Source of the DNA: Escherichia coli
Lineage (GTDB): Bacteria; Pseudomonadota; Gammaproteobacteria; Enterobacterales; Enterobacteriaceae
NCBI RefSeq assembly: GCF_051903065.1
Contig: NZ_CP178438.1
Strand: one strand, 5' to 3'
Length of the DNA: 64,000 nt
The notes below the pieces were generated by a model, which was given only the letters and a program-made list of their open reading frames with translations, searched no databases and was not told the origin of the DNA. Made by a program: the position numbers and the translations under genes. Shown one piece after another: positions 42,214 to 52,189 of the stretch; within the stretch, counting starts at the first letter, position 1; each line of letters starts with the position of its first letter.

Positions 42214-42231
42214 TGTTAAAGATATATTACG
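42214..42231 (-). promoter_or_regulatory. Pho box (PhoB-binding site) in the phoE promoter
   Basis: Reverse complement reads CGTAATATATCTTTAACA, about 80 bp upstream of phoE. Confidence 0.6.
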
Positions 42232-42420
42232 GATTAATAATATTCTTAAAATGTGGTAATTTATTAAATCTGTAATAAAAGCGTAAACAACTGCCGCTAG
42301 GCTTGCTGATCCCGCGCAACAAAACGCCATGCTTTGCTCGCAGATGGTTGGCAACCGACGACAGTCCTGCTAAAACGTTCGTTTGATATCATTTTTCCTA
42401 AAATTGAATGGCAGAGAATC

Positions 42421-43524
42421 ATGAGTGACAGCCAGACGCTGGTGGTAAAACTCGGCACCAGTGTGCTAACAGGCGGATCGCGCCGCCTGAACCGTGCCCA
42501 TATCGTTGAACTTGTTCGCCAGTGCGCGCAGTTACATGCCGCCGGGCATCGGATTGTTATTGTGACGTCGGGCGCGATCGCCGCCGGACGTGAGCACCTG
42601 GGTTACCCGGAACTGCCAGCGACTATCGCCTCGAAACAACTGCTGGCGGCGGTAGGGCAGAGTCGACTGATTCAACTGTGGGAACAGCTGTTTTCGATTT
42701 ATGGCATTCACGTCGGGCAAATGCTGCTGACTCGTGCTGATATGGAAGACCGTGAACGCTTCCTGAACGCCCGCGACACCCTGCGTGCGTTGCTCGATAA
42801 CAATATCGTTCCGGTAATCAATGAGAACGATGCTGTCGCTACGGCAGAGATTAAGGTCGGCGATAACGATAACCTTTCTGCGCTGGCGGCGATTCTGGCG
42901 GGTGCCGATAAACTGTTGCTGCTGACCGATCAAAAAGGTTTGTATACCGCTGACCCGCGCAGCAATCCGCAGGCAGAACTGATTAAAGATGTTTACGGCA
43001 TTGATGACGAACTGCGCGCGATTGCCGGTGACAGCGTTTCAGGCCTCGGAACTGGCGGCATGAGTACCAAATTGCAGGCCGCTGACGTGGCTTGCCGTGC
43101 GGGTATCGACACCATTATTGCCGCGGGCAGCAAGCCGGGCGTTATTGGTGATGTGATGGAAGGCATTTCCGTCGGTACGCTGTTCCATGCCCAGGCGACT
43201 CCGCTTGAAAACCGTAAACGCTGGATTTTCGGTGCGCCGCCGGCGGGTGAAATCACGGTAGATGAAGGGGCAACCGCCGCGATTCTTGAACGTGGCAGCT
43301 CCCTGTTGCCGAAAGGAATTAAAAGCGTGACTGGCAATTTCTCGCGTGGTGAAGTCATCCGCATTTGTAACCTCGAAGGTCGCGATATCGCCCACGGCGT
43401 CAGTCGTTACAACAGCGATGCATTACGCCGTATTGCCGGACACCACTCGCAAGAAATTGATGCAATACTGGGATATGAATATGGCCCGGTTGCCGTTCAC
43501 CGTGATGACATGATTACCCGTTAA
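42421..43524 (+). CDS. proB: Glutamate 5-kinase
   Basis: 367 aa from [16 protein letters not shown]... Confidence 0.97.
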   Translation: MSDSQTLVVKLGTSVLTGGSRRLNRAHIVELVRQCAQLHAAGHRIVIVTSGAIAAGREHLGYPELPATIASKQLLAAVGQSRLIQLWEQLFSIYGIHVGQMLLTRADMEDRERFLNARDTLRALLDNNIVPVINENDAVATAEIKVGDNDNLSALAAILAGADKLLLLTDQKGLYTADPRSNPQAELIKDVYGIDDELRAIAGDSVSGLGTGGMSTKLQAADVACRAGIDTIIAAGSKPGVIGDVMEGISVGTLFHAQATPLENRKRWIFGAPPAGEITVDEGATAAILERGSSLLPKGIKSVTGNFSRGEVIRICNLEGRDIAHGVSRYNSDALRRIAGHHSQEIDAILGYEYGPVAVHRDDMITR

Positions 43525-43535
43525 GGAGCAGGCAA

Positions 43536-44789
43536 ATGCTTGAACAAATGGGCATTGCCGCGAAGCAAGCCTCGTATAAATTAGCGCAACTCTCCAGCCG
43601 CGAAAAAAATCGTGTGCTGGAAAAAATCGCCGATGAACTGGAAGCACAAAGCGAAATCATCCTCAACGCTAACGCCCAGGATGTTGCTGACGCGCGTGCC
43701 AATGGCCTTAGCGAAGCGATGCTTGACCGTCTGGCACTGACGCCCGCACGGCTGAAAGGCATTGCCGACGATGTACGTCAGGTGTGCAACCTCGCCGACC
43801 CGGTGGGGCAGGTAATCGATGGCGGCGTACTGGACAGCGGCCTGCGTCTTGAGCGTCGTCGCGTACCGCTGGGGGTTATTGGCGTGATTTATGAAGCGCG
43901 CCCGAACGTGACGGTTGATGTCGCTTCGCTGTGCCTGAAAACCGGTAATGCGGTGATCCTGCGTGGTGGCAAAGAAACCTGTCGCACTAACGCGGCAACG
44001 GTGGCGGTGATTCAGGACGCCCTGAAATCCTGTGGCTTACCGGCTGGTGCCGTGCAGGCGATTGATAATCCTGACCGTGCGTTGGTCAGTGAAATGCTGC
44101 GTATGGATAAATACATCGACATGCTGATCCCGCGCGGCGGGGCTGGTTTGCATAAACTGTGCCGCGAACAGTCGACGATCCCGGTGATCACAGGTGGTAT
44201 AGGCGTATGCCATATTTACGTTGATGAAAGTGCAGAGATCGCTGAAGCATTAAAAGTGATCGTCAACGCGAAAACTCAGCGTCCGAGCACATGTAATACG
44301 GTAGAAACGTTGCTGGTGAATAAAAACATCGCCGATAGCTTCCTGCCCGCATTAAGCAAACAAATGGCGGAAAGCGGCGTGACATTACACGCAGATGCAG
44401 CTGCGCTGACACAGTTGCAGGCAGGCCCCGCGAAGGTGGTGGCGGTTAAAGCCGAAGAGTATGACGATGAGTTTCTGTCATTAGATTTGAACGTCAGAAT
44501 CGTCAGCGATCTTGACGATGCCATCGCCCATATTCGTGAACACGGCACACAACACTCCGATGCGATCCTGACCCGCGATATGCGCAACGCCCAGCGTTTT
44601 GTTAACGAAGTGGATTCGTCCGCTGTTTACGTTAACGCCTCTACGCGTTTTACCGACGGCGGCCAGTTTGGACTGGGTGCGGAAGTGGCGGTAAGCACAC
44701 AAAAACTCCACGCGCGTGGCCCAATGGGGCTGGAAGCACTGACCACTTACAAGTGGATCGGCATTGGTGATTACACCATTCGTGCGTAA
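43536..44789 (+). CDS. proA: Gamma-glutamyl phosphate reductase
   Basis: 417 aa, matches ProA. Confidence 0.97.
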   Translation: MLEQMGIAAKQASYKLAQLSSREKNRVLEKIADELEAQSEIILNANAQDVADARANGLSEAMLDRLALTPARLKGIADDVRQVCNLADPVGQVIDGGVLDSGLRLERRRVPLGVIGVIYEARPNVTVDVASLCLKTGNAVILRGGKETCRTNAATVAVIQDALKSCGLPAGAVQAIDNPDRALVSEMLRMDKYIDMLIPRGGAGLHKLCREQSTIPVITGGIGVCHIYVDESAEIAEALKVIVNAKTQRPSTCNTVETLLVNKNIADSFLPALSKQMAESGVTLHADAAALTQLQAGPAKVVAVKAEEYDDEFLSLDLNVRIVSDLDDAIAHIREHGTQHSDAILTRDMRNAQRFVNEVDSSAVYVNASTRFTDGGQFGLGAEVAVSTQKLHARGPMGLEALTTYKWIGIGDYTIRA

Positions 44790-44903
44790 ATAAAATCGGG
44801 TGATGCAAAAGTAGCCATTTGATTCACAAGGCCATTGACGCATCGCCCGGTTAGTTTTAACCTTGTCCACCGTGATTCACGTTCGTGAACATGTCCTTTC
44901 AGG

Positions 44904-44979
44904 GCCGATATAGCTCAGTTGGTAGAGCAGCGCATTCGTAATGCGAAGGTCGTAGGTTCGACTCCTATTATCGGCACCA
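44904..44979 (+). tRNA. thrW: tRNA-Thr (anticodon CGT)
   Basis: GCCGATATAGCTCAGTTGGTAGAGCAGCGCATTCGTAATGCGAAGGTCGTAGGTTCGACTCCTATTATCGGCACCA; cloverleaf with CGT anticodon. Confidence 0.95.
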
Positions 44980-44993
44980 TTTAAATCAATAAG

Positions 44994-46157
44994 TTACACA
45001 TCATTAGTACCTTCCTTATTTTTTGACTGGGACAAATTTGGGACCGATGGGTTCAGGATCGAGTCTATTTGCCGTGCGTGTTCGGTAAGGTGATTAGGTG
45101 CAAGGTGAGCATATCGACGAACCATTTCGATAGACTCCCAGCCTCCCATTTCCTGTAACACTGACAACGGGACTCCGGCTTGAACTAGCCAACTTGCCCA
45201 GGTGTGTCTCAAGTCGTGAAATCTGAAATCATCAATACCAGCCCGTCTCAGCGCCGCTTTCCAGGCTGTGTTTGCGTCATACCGCATCTTCCTTACTGTT
45301 GGCGCTTTCGTTCCGTCTGGTTTGGTACAGCTTTCCTTGTACACAAATACCCAACGGTGATGATTCCCGATTTGTTTTTTCAAAACGCGACATGCAGTAT
45401 CATTCAGCGCAACGCCAATTGCGCGGTTTGATTTACTCTCTTCCGGGTTTATCCATGCCACCCGGCGCTGCATGTCTATTTGTTGCCATTCAAGGTTGAT
45501 GATGTTCGAGCGTCTTAAGCCTGTTGCCAGTGCAAATTCAACAACAGACTTTAATGGCTCCGGACATTCATCAATCAGCCTTTGTGCTTCATGGGGCTCC
45601 AGCCAGCGGATCCGTTTATTCTTTGGTTGAGGCACTTTAATAATTGGTGCCTTATCCAGCATTTTCCATTCACGCTCTGCGGCTCTTAGTAGGGCCTTTA
45701 TAAATGAAAGATGCGTAGCCTTCGTTGCAACGGACGCTGGTTTTGGCGTGTATTCTGGAACAGGTTTCCCTTTTTTTCTGCATGCTTCTGCCCTGAGTCT
45801 CCAGTTTTCCTCATGACGCCGGTTCGTCATTTTCTGCATTGCTGAATAAATTTTTGATTCAGTAATGTCTCTTAGTTGCATTCCTGCGAAATGTTGAAGC
45901 CAGAATCCGATCCGGCTTTTGTCATCGTCCAGTGATTTTTTATGTGCTTTCTCTTCAAGCCACCTGACACACGCTTCCTCGAACGTTATATCAGGTATTT
46001 CACCAAGTTTGCTGACCCGCCATGCTTCAGCCTTTAGCTTGTCATGGAGTTCTGTCGCCTGCCTTTTGTCCTTTGTTCCAAGAGACTGTTTAAATCTTTT
46101 ACCGTTCGGCAATGTGAAACTGGCGTACCATATTTCACCTCTGCGGAAGAGTGACAT
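44994..46157 (-). CDS. int: Phage tyrosine integrase (P22-type, thrW-specific)
   Basis: 387 aa, [31 protein letters not shown]...; C-terminal catalytic domain ([10 protein letters not shown]...RYAH); directly adjacent to the tRNA 3' end. Confidence 0.93.
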   Translation of the reverse strand: MSLFRRGEIWYASFTLPNGKRFKQSLGTKDKRQATELHDKLKAEAWRVSKLGEIPDITFEEACVRWLEEKAHKKSLDDDKSRIGFWLQHFAGMQLRDITESKIYSAMQKMTNRRHEENWRLRAEACRKKGKPVPEYTPKPASVATKATHLSFIKALLRAAEREWKMLDKAPIIKVPQPKNKRIRWLEPHEAQRLIDECPEPLKSVVEFALATGLRRSNIINLEWQQIDMQRRVAWINPEESKSNRAIGVALNDTACRVLKKQIGNHHRWVFVYKESCTKPDGTKAPTVRKMRYDANTAWKAALRRAGIDDFRFHDLRHTWASWLVQAGVPLSVLQEMGGWESIEMVRRYAHLAPNHLTEHARQIDSILNPSVPNLSQSKNKEGTNDV

Positions 46158-46384
46158 TTTCTTTCCTCTGTTATGCCATCACCCGCGCTCACCTGGACAG
46201 TATGCAGCGGAGACTGAAGAGCCGCAATGCAGGCTTGTCGTGTTGTGAGGTAAGGAGATTTATTCTTAGTGGGATCTTTGCGTGTTGCCTGAAGACGCCC
46301 TGTGCGTATCCAGTTAATGGCAGTCGGTCTGGATATCTTGAGAAAATGACAGGCCTCATCGAGTGTGAGGCTGTATGGCTCCAT
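46034..46384 (-). CDS. xis: Phage excisionase (P22 Xis-like)
   Basis: Start at internal [32 protein letters not shown]; overlaps the int 5' end. Confidence 0.8.
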   Translation of the reverse strand: MEPYSLTLDEACHFLKISRPTAINWIRTGRLQATRKDPTKNKSPYLTTRQACIAALQSPLHTVQVSAGDGITEERKCHSSAEVKYGTPVSHCRTVKDLNSLLEQRTKGRRQNSMTS

Positions 46385-46689
46385 TATTTCACCTCTTGCT
46401 GTGACATTGTTGAAAAATGGATACCAGCTCGTTGCTGCCAGACGATCCAACCGAGAGTCATATCCCATGCCATGTATTCGTTATCGCCGTTTTTTGCTCT
46501 CCGACGATCTACTAAGTCACCGAAACGCTTTTCCATGAATAATTCATAAGCTTCGCGTTCATCTGGTTCTACTTCCAGAGATAGGAGTGCGATTTCATAA
46601 GCACGGCGCTCAATATCGTCTCGCACGTCAAGGCTGCTGATACGCTCTTTAATTTCTTTAATCAGTTCTTTGTCGGTAAAAGTGGTCAT
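46384..46689 (-). CDS. Phage hypothetical protein
   Basis: 101-aa ORF tightly packed in the early-left operon. Confidence 0.5.
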   Translation of the reverse strand: MTTFTDKELIKEIKERISSLDVRDDIERRAYEIALLSLEVEPDEREAYELFMEKRFGDLVDRRRAKNGDNEYMAWDMTLGWIVWQQRAGIHFSTMSQQEVK

Positions 46690-47051
46690 TATGCTCCAGC
46701 CTCCGGTGCTTTTGGCATTACTGCCCAGTGAGTGATATTGACGTTTTCAAGGTCCCCGACCTGAAATGTCCACTGCCATTCTCCGGTTTCTTTTTGTCCC
46801 CAGGTGTACCAGAGAGAACGCCAGCCAATTAGCCAGCCTTCTCCGTTAGCATCGAATAACAAAACACTTTCATTTGCTGGTGGCAGTTCAGTTGACACTG
46901 GTATTACTTTGTTTTCCTGTGCTGCACATTTAGCTTCAAGCGCATCGAATTTACGCACTAGGTATTCAGCATCTGTTTCATTTACTTTCAGATCTCGCGG
47001 TACACATCTCCCACGAAGAAACCCTTCCATTTCGAAAACATTCATGCGCAT
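46689..47051 (-). CDS. Phage DUF551-like protein
   Basis: 120-aa ORF with a Trp-rich C-terminus typical of DUF551 prophage proteins. Confidence 0.6.
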   Translation of the reverse strand: MRMNVFEMEGFLRGRCVPRDLKVNETDAEYLVRKFDALEAKCAAQENKVIPVSTELPPANESVLLFDANGEGWLIGWRSLWYTWGQKETGEWQWTFQVGDLENVNITHWAVMPKAPEAGA

Positions 47052-47578
47052 TTGCGTAACTCCGATAACTCGTTAAAGCGTTCCATAAACATCCCGTAGG
47101 CATGGCCCGGTGCCAGTGGAATCACGTTGAACATCTCTGTTGCCGGGATACCTTCCAGTACAGGCCAGAAAGAGCCATCATCAAGCCCGAGATCGCGGCG
47201 TTCGGTTGCCAGCATGATGAGATCGGCATATTTCACGGGCGTACTCATAACTGGGGGTAACCCGTATTTCTCACGGATTACGGCGTCTATTTTTTCTTCC
47301 ATTTGTTTATAGTCAGGAAGAAGGCGTTTCAGTGGTGCGGGAATGTCCTGGCAATACGCTTCTGTTGCATCATGCATTAACGCTTCAAAAGCAAATTCCT
47401 GCGGCACCAGCTGGCTGCAAAGAACCGCATGTTGGGCGACGCTGTAGAAGTGCGAAAGATGACCGGCAAAGCGACAGATATTTGAAAGGGAAACCGCGAT
47501 ATCGTTAATATCGATGTCGTCTTTATTTATCCTGTCATAATAAAAATGCTTCCCGGAAAAAGTTTTAATAAATGACAT
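47042..47578 (-). CDS. HD-domain phosphohydrolase (5'-deoxynucleotidase-like)
   Basis: HD motif (...ALMHDATEAY...); start at ATG 47578 with GGAG RBS (MSFIKTFSG...). Confidence 0.7.
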   Translation of the reverse strand: MSFIKTFSGKHFYYDRINKDDIDINDIAVSLSNICRFAGHLSHFYSVAQHAVLCSQLVPQEFAFEALMHDATEAYCQDIPAPLKRLLPDYKQMEEKIDAVIREKYGLPPVMSTPVKYADLIMLATERRDLGLDDGSFWPVLEGIPATEMFNVIPLAPGHAYGMFMERFNELSELRKCA

Positions 47579-47705
47579 TTTGTTCTCCACGTATATGCGC
47601 TGCACCGCGCTGAATTCTGGTAAAAAGAATCCCTCACCATCCGGCGATTATTGAGTAAATTACGTTTCCATAAATGCCCCCGCAGGGGCATTTGCAGTAA
47701 TGAAA

Positions 47706-48530
47706 TCAGGCGGTGAAAGTACCAATAAAGGTTTCTACTTTGCTGTCCTTGAATTTCTCAACAAGCAGATCACGAAATTCGTTAGCCATTTCTTCCTGCA
47801 CCGCCTCCAGCTGAATAATGCGCAGAACCAGTACAGGACGATCGCCAGTGATAATACTGAGGCGTAATTTAAACGGACGTTCTTTCAGACCTTCAAACGG
47901 AACGCATTTAAATTCAAATGCCACTGGCATAATGTCTTTGGTCTTCGCTTCGACAGACTCCATCAGGGAGCGTTTGCCGCTGAAGTCATTATCTTCAAAA
48001 TCAGCGGTCTGGTTTGCTTCAATCGTGATTTTACGGACAGCCGCAGCCGCTTTTGTTGCCTGAATAGCGTCACCATTAGCATCAAAGCCCACAAGATAGT
48101 CGGCCCAGTCTTCAATCCATTCTGCTAGTGACTTCTGGGAGTTACGCTCGCCGTTAACAGACAACAGAGCAGAGAACGGTGCTGTCTTTTTCAGTTTGAG
48201 TGTGGCGGTGTTATCTGCGTGACCTGGTTCATCAATAGTACCCAGGTTAAGCACACTGACGGCACGCATATTATCAGCATCGATAAAGCAGCGGGTGCCT
48301 TCATCTGCAAGATCTTTAGAATAACGGGTAAAGTCATCGATGCTGGCAGTGGAAAGCGCACCACGGAAACGGAAGCGATTTAAATTAAATTTTTCCAGAT
48401 CATGAATGCGGAAATTCTCAGGCAATGCCACAGCATCGGCACCAATCTTACTGATAATTTCATTAACACCCTGAGCAGAAATAAGGGCATGGATTTGATT
48501 AATTGCGGTTGCGTCTAAGTTCTGAGACAT
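47706..48530 (-). CDS. Phage protein, YfdQ-like (DUF2303 family)
   Basis: 274-aa ORF resembling prophage YfdQ. Confidence 0.6.
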   Translation of the reverse strand: MSQNLDATAINQIHALISAQGVNEIISKIGADAVALPENFRIHDLEKFNLNRFRFRGALSTASIDDFTRYSKDLADEGTRCFIDADNMRAVSVLNLGTIDEPGHADNTATLKLKKTAPFSALLSVNGERNSQKSLAEWIEDWADYLVGFDANGDAIQATKAAAAVRKITIEANQTADFEDNDFSGKRSLMESVEAKTKDIMPVAFEFKCVPFEGLKERPFKLRLSIITGDRPVLVLRIIQLEAVQEEMANEFRDLLVEKFKDSKVETFIGTFTA

Positions 48531-48595
48531 AATAAGTCCTCACTATATAAAGATATTCAGTGATGAGATAAATAATCAGTTAATTAAAAACGATA

Positions 48596-48958
48596 TTAAC
48601 GACCTGCTGCGCGGAGTTTTCCGTCAGGTTCACCGGCAAGAGTCAGTAACTGTCCCTGGTCTTCCTGCAGAATAGTCAGGCGACCACCGCGATTGACATA
48701 CATCGGCGTTTCGGTGGTGTCTTCTTCGGAAATTTTCCCGCGGTTAGTCGGGCGAACATATGAGAGTTTGTGTTTGATTTTCACTCGGTTCTCATCAAAC
48801 GGTTCGATTTCCAGGTTGAGCGAGACCTTACCTTTGGTTTTCGTGTTCATCACACCGGAAGCGACTTCACTGAGAACTGCGCCGATTTTGGTTTCAAATA
48901 CGCCGCCGTCCAGCTCCCCGATAAATGCCTGCACATCAGTACTGCGTTCGCTAGCCAT
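48596..48958 (-). CDS. Phage protein, YfdP-like
   Basis: Start at ATG 48958 (MASERSTDVQ...) preceded by AGGAG; the track's longer ORF upstream is rejected. Confidence 0.55.
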   Translation of the reverse strand: MASERSTDVQAFIGELDGGVFETKIGAVLSEVASGVMNTKTKGKVSLNLEIEPFDENRVKIKHKLSYVRPTNRGKISEEDTTETPMYVNRGGRLTILQEDQGQLLTLAGEPDGKLRAAGR

Positions 48959-49426
48959 TTTGCTGCTCCTCATCATATCGACCCTGCAAGGTCGGTTAGT
49001 TTCTCCACAAAACAGAGAAGAACACCTGCGGTGACTGCCGCCCGGATGGATTGGGTTATGAGCCCGTCGTCCGGTGATGCTCTTCTCTGTTTTGTAAAAA
49101 GGACGGTACCAGCCGGAAGCAAGAGTACAAGCTGGTACCGCCAAGACTACACACAGCATAAAGTTGTGGTGCCGGGTGCCTCCCGGTGCCTGGCGAAGGT
49201 TGCACACCAGGCGGGTGGGTATCCACAGAAGGTCGACTGTCAGCCTCAACCTTAACCCGCGTGCGCTGAGCCGCATTCACCACAACGCTAAGGATTCTCT
49301 CTGGTTGAAAATACTTAGCTGTTATGTGCCTGCTTTTAGCCACATCAGGCGAGGTGGACCTAGTTATTCCCCAACAACAAGGATTCGGTTAATCTGGTTA
49401 TCCCCAACAACGCAAAAGGAAAAGAA

Positions 49427-49861
49427 ATGTCCGGTAATATCTATACGCTGTACAAATCCCACTGTGAAAATGTTGGAAAGTATCGGGGCATTGAAATCAG
49501 TGGGGTAGTGTCATCAGTCGAAATAAGCAAAGTTGAATCAAGGGCAACATTACTTACTCTTTTGGACCTTGTCTTACATGAGCACCGGAAGAAATTCGGC
49601 ACTCCCTATAATCAGTTGAATGGGAAAAAGGCTCTGGTTCACCTTATTCTGATGAAGCATCACTGGATGCCAAAACAGATTAATGAGATGAAATTTGATG
49701 AACTTCTTCTTTCAATTCAGGATGAACTCACACTTGATAAAATAAGCGTAACCGCCCAGAAATTTTTAGATTATCGAGACTGGAGATCACAAATTCATCA
49801 CTTTGATGATTTTGACGAAAATGAATGGGATCCTAATTTGTCTGCACAATATCTAAAGTAA
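49427..49861 (+). CDS. Hypothetical protein (AT-rich moron, opposite to the leftward operon)
   Basis: 144-aa ORF with AAAGGAAAAG RBS region; tandem 34-nt-spaced repeats upstream and a terminator downstream. Confidence 0.55.
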   Translation: MSGNIYTLYKSHCENVGKYRGIEISGVVSSVEISKVESRATLLTLLDLVLHEHRKKFGTPYNQLNGKKALVHLILMKHHWMPKQINEMKFDELLLSIQDELTLDKISVTAQKFLDYRDWRSQIHHFDDFDENEWDPNLSAQYLK

Positions 49862-50039
49862 CATCCTGTGATAAAACCGTGATTTCCTGATCCAGTTTTT
49901 TTAAGGAGTCTATTGTTTCCTGTCGATAAGACAGCACTTCACGAAGCTGGTTTATAGCTGCCAGCTTCTTTGTCATCCACTCATAAATTTCCTCATCTGT
50001 GTAGCCAGGCGCGACGATTTTGGGTTCTGTTTTGTGCAT
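49833..50039 (-). CDS. Hypothetical small protein, first gene downstream of the putative pL
   Basis: 68 aa from ATG 50039 (MHKTEPKIVAPGYTDEEIYEW...) with AGGAG 7 nt upstream; 3' end overlaps the convergent 49427 gene by 29 bp. Confidence 0.4.
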   Translation of the reverse strand: MHKTEPKIVAPGYTDEEIYEWMTKKLAAINQLREVLSYRQETIDSLKKLDQEITVLSQDVTLDIVQTN

Positions 50040-50078
50040 TTCACATCTCCTCAAGTTATCAGTTACTTGTTGATGGGG

Positions 50079-50106
50079 ACCAGATTGTTAAAGAGCTAAG
50101 CGTCCT
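50079..50106 (+). terminator. Rho-independent terminator-like hairpin (plus strand)
   Basis: GCGTCC-tgta-GGGCGC followed by TTTTTT. Confidence 0.5.
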
Positions 50107-50188
50107 GTAGGGCGCTTTTTTGTTGCTAACGAATCATCCTGGACTTCATATGCTCCAGGCGGCTACTTCGTGGGCGTCCTGCCTGTTC

Positions 50189-50227
50189 GTTGTTTCGCTT
50201 GGGTACATTATGTATCTCAAAGGTACA
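50189..50227 (-). promoter_or_regulatory. Putative pL/OL: leftward promoter with GTAC-containing operator half-sites
   Basis: Minus-strand TTGACA (50223-50218), 17-nt spacer, ATAATG (50200-50195); GGTACAT motifs at 50191 and 50211 resemble the OR palindromes. Confidence 0.5.
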
Positions 50228-50233
50228 TTGTCA

Positions 50234-50257
50234 AGTATAAAAAAACCTGCCGAAGCA
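50234..50257 (-). terminator. Terminator of the repressor transcript
   Basis: Minus-strand AACCTGC-ttcg-GCAGGTT followed by TTTTTTT, just downstream of the cI stop. Confidence 0.6.
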
Positions 50258-50273
50258 GGTTCATAAACATTGA

Positions 50274-50948
50274 TTAGGCTTTGATTTTGTATCTTCTTGG
50301 TTTTCCTGAGAAAATCACTGTACCAATTATAGAGCAATTACCGTTGATCTTAATGTAAGGCTCAGGCCAGTTTGGGTTTAACGCTTTGAGATAACGCTGT
50401 GTCCCATCTTCTATCAACCTTTTGAAGGTGGTTTCGCCTGTATCGTGCATCAATGCAATAACGTCGTCACCGTGGCAGGCAGGTACTTCAGGATCGACAA
50501 AAATCATGTCTCCCGGGCGGTACTCATCAATCATTGAATCACCTATCACCCGCAAGATATAAGTCATTTCCCCACAGGGTACAGGGCAGGGATACGTTTC
50601 TGCTGTGCTCAAATCAACCTCAGAATATCCAACTTCTTTCCATGCTCCGGCCTGTACCCATGATATGACAGGGACTAATGTGATTTGTTTATTAGTGATT
50701 GAAACATCAGGTTTTTTTGTGATGTTCGTTGTCTGGTGTTCTTGATCGAGCCATCCGACAGGCAGGTCGAAACATTTTTCGATGTGTCGTGCCATGCTGT
50801 CACCGATATTTTTAGTAGCACCATCTCCCATAAACCTGCTGGTCTGGGTTGGCTCGCGATCAATCATAGTGGCAAAGGAAGAATTCCCGCCAACACCATC
50901 TCTCAGTTTTCTGGCGTTAGACCGCCGGATGTCATGGATTGTTTTCAT
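50274..50948 (-). CDS. cI: Phage CI-type repressor (HTH plus S24 LexA-like peptidase domain)
   Basis: 224 aa; C-terminal S24 motifs (GDSM...K); ATG has no upstream RBS, consistent with a leaderless transcript. Confidence 0.85.
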   Translation of the reverse strand: MKTIHDIRRSNARKLRDGVGGNSSFATMIDREPTQTSRFMGDGATKNIGDSMARHIEKCFDLPVGWLDQEHQTTNITKKPDVSITNKQITLVPVISWVQAGAWKEVGYSEVDLSTAETYPCPVPCGEMTYILRVIGDSMIDEYRPGDMIFVDPEVPACHGDDVIALMHDTGETTFKRLIEDGTQRYLKALNPNWPEPYIKINGNCSIIGTVIFSGKPRRYKIKA

Positions 50949-50962
50949 AACGAAATTAAAAC

Positions 50963-51033
50963 CCTTGTACCGTTAAGGTACAAGTATCTTGAAGGTTCAT
51001 TTCAATCATGTAATATGTACACCGGAGGTACAT
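50963..51033. promoter_or_regulatory. OR region: two palindromic operators and the rightward promoter
   Basis: CTTGTACC-gttaa-GGTACAAG (50963-50983) and ATGTAC-accggag-GTACAT (51015-51033); TTGAAG-16-TAATAT promoter at 50987-51014. Confidence 0.65.
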
Positions 51034-51038
51034 ATTGT

Positions 51039-51239
51039 ATGAAAGCGTATTGGGACTCTTTAACCAAAGAACAGCAGGGCGAGTTGGCCGGAAAAGTTGG
51101 CTCAACACCTGGCTACTTACGGCTGGTTTTCAATGGCTATAAAAAAGCCAGTTTTGTGCTGGCTAAAAAACTTGAGCAATGCACGTCAGGTGCAATTACG
51201 AAATCTGACTTAAGACCGGATATCTATCCGAAAGATTAG
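51039..51239 (+). CDS. cro: Cro-like HTH repressor
   Basis: 66 aa from ATG 51039 with GGAGG RBS (MKAYWDSLTKEQQGELAGKVGSTPGYL...). Confidence 0.75.
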   Translation: MKAYWDSLTKEQQGELAGKVGSTPGYLRLVFNGYKKASFVLAKKLEQCTSGAITKSDLRPDIYPKD

Positions 51240-51270
51240 CAGAACACTTTCAATTTTTAACCACAGAACG

Positions 51271-51834
51271 ATGAGGCTAACCGTGGGTAAGCATCACTGG
51301 AAAATAGAAAAACAGCCTGAGTGGTACGTGAAAGCTGTCAGAAAAACTATCGCGGCGTTGCCGGGTGGTTACGCTGAAGCGGCTGACTGGCTCGATGTAA
51401 CAGAAAACGCTTTATTCAACCGCCTTCGTGCAGATGGCGATCAGATTTTCCCGCTGGGATGGGCAATGGTTTTACAGCGTGCTGGTGGCACTCACTTCAT
51501 TGCTGATGCTGTGGCGCAGTCTGCAAATGGCGTCTTTGTGTCTCTTCCTGACGTCGAGGATGTGGACAACGCCGATATCAACCAACGCCTGCTGGAAGTC
51601 ATTGAACAGATCGGCAGTTATTCAAAACAGATTCGTTCAGCAATTGAAGACGGTGTAGTGGAACCGCATGAGAAGACAGCAATTAACGATGAGCTGTACC
51701 TCTCAATTTCGAAGCTGCAGGAGCATGCAGCACTGGTCTACAAAATCTTTTGCGTTTCAGAAAGTAGTGACGCCCGCGAGTGTGCAGCTCCGGGCGCCGT
51801 GGCGTGTCGTGACTGTGGAGAAACTAACGCATGA
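51271..51834 (+). CDS. Phage CII/YdaT-like regulatory protein
   Basis: 187-aa ORF directly after cro. Confidence 0.5.
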   Translation: MRLTVGKHHWKIEKQPEWYVKAVRKTIAALPGGYAEAADWLDVTENALFNRLRADGDQIFPLGWAMVLQRAGGTHFIADAVAQSANGVFVSLPDVEDVDNADINQRLLEVIEQIGSYSKQIRSAIEDGVVEPHEKTAINDELYLSISKLQEHAALVYKIFCVSESSDARECAAPGAVACRDCGETNA

Positions 51835-52189
51835 ACAGTTTAACAACACACTACCGTCGCTCGCAACTGATTGCGCTTCCTGTACCGGGTGGAAAAGCGA
51901 AGGTGGAGTATTGCTATGCAGTAAATGTACCAGGTGACAGGGAAATTGTAACCCACAGCTTTGCAGAGTGGGCTGTGGGTGATTTCAACCGGCAGAAGGA
52001 GACAGTCCTTTGCGACAAGTTAACCGCTGGTTCAAAGATCACTACGGAGTGCCCGTCAGAGTCATTCGTTGGGAGCCGGAAACACAACGGGTTATCTACC
52101 TCCGTGAAGGCTATGAGCATGAGTGCTTCAGCCCGCTCGAACAGTTTCGTCGTAAATTCAGGGAAATAGAGGTCGGTCATGAGCACTAA
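51831..52189 (+). pseudogene. Phage gene with an apparent single-base frameshift in a T-run
   Basis: Frame 0 ([10 protein letters not shown]...QKETVL) is protein-like up to about 52010; frame 2 from 52010 ([59 protein letters not shown]) is protein-like and ends abutting the next gene. Confidence 0.5.

Noticed and set aside
47670-47693. Perfect 8-bp hairpin AATGCCCC-cgca-GGGGCATT between two early-left genes
   Set aside because: No adjacent U-tract on either strand, so not a convincing intrinsic terminator; possibly an RNA processing or stability element, left unannotated.
48959-49276. Upstream extension of the YfdP-like ORF (226 aa in the track)
   Set aside because: The extension runs through the GC-rich structured region with no RBS; the ATG at 48958 with an AGGAG RBS is the plausible start.
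48959-49426. Retron msr-msd RNA
   Set aside because: Although highly structured, no reverse-transcriptase gene follows; flanking genes are small phage ORFs.
49363-49861. Type III toxin-antitoxin (repeat RNA antitoxin plus ToxN-like toxin)
   Set aside because: Only two partial repeats of ~16 nt with 34-nt spacing and no recognisable ToxN-like sequence; more likely promoter or operator elements.
50736-51038. Long N-terminal extension of the cro ORF (167 aa in the track)
   Set aside because: Overlaps the repressor gene on the opposite strand; cro begins at ATG 51039 after the GGAGG RBS.
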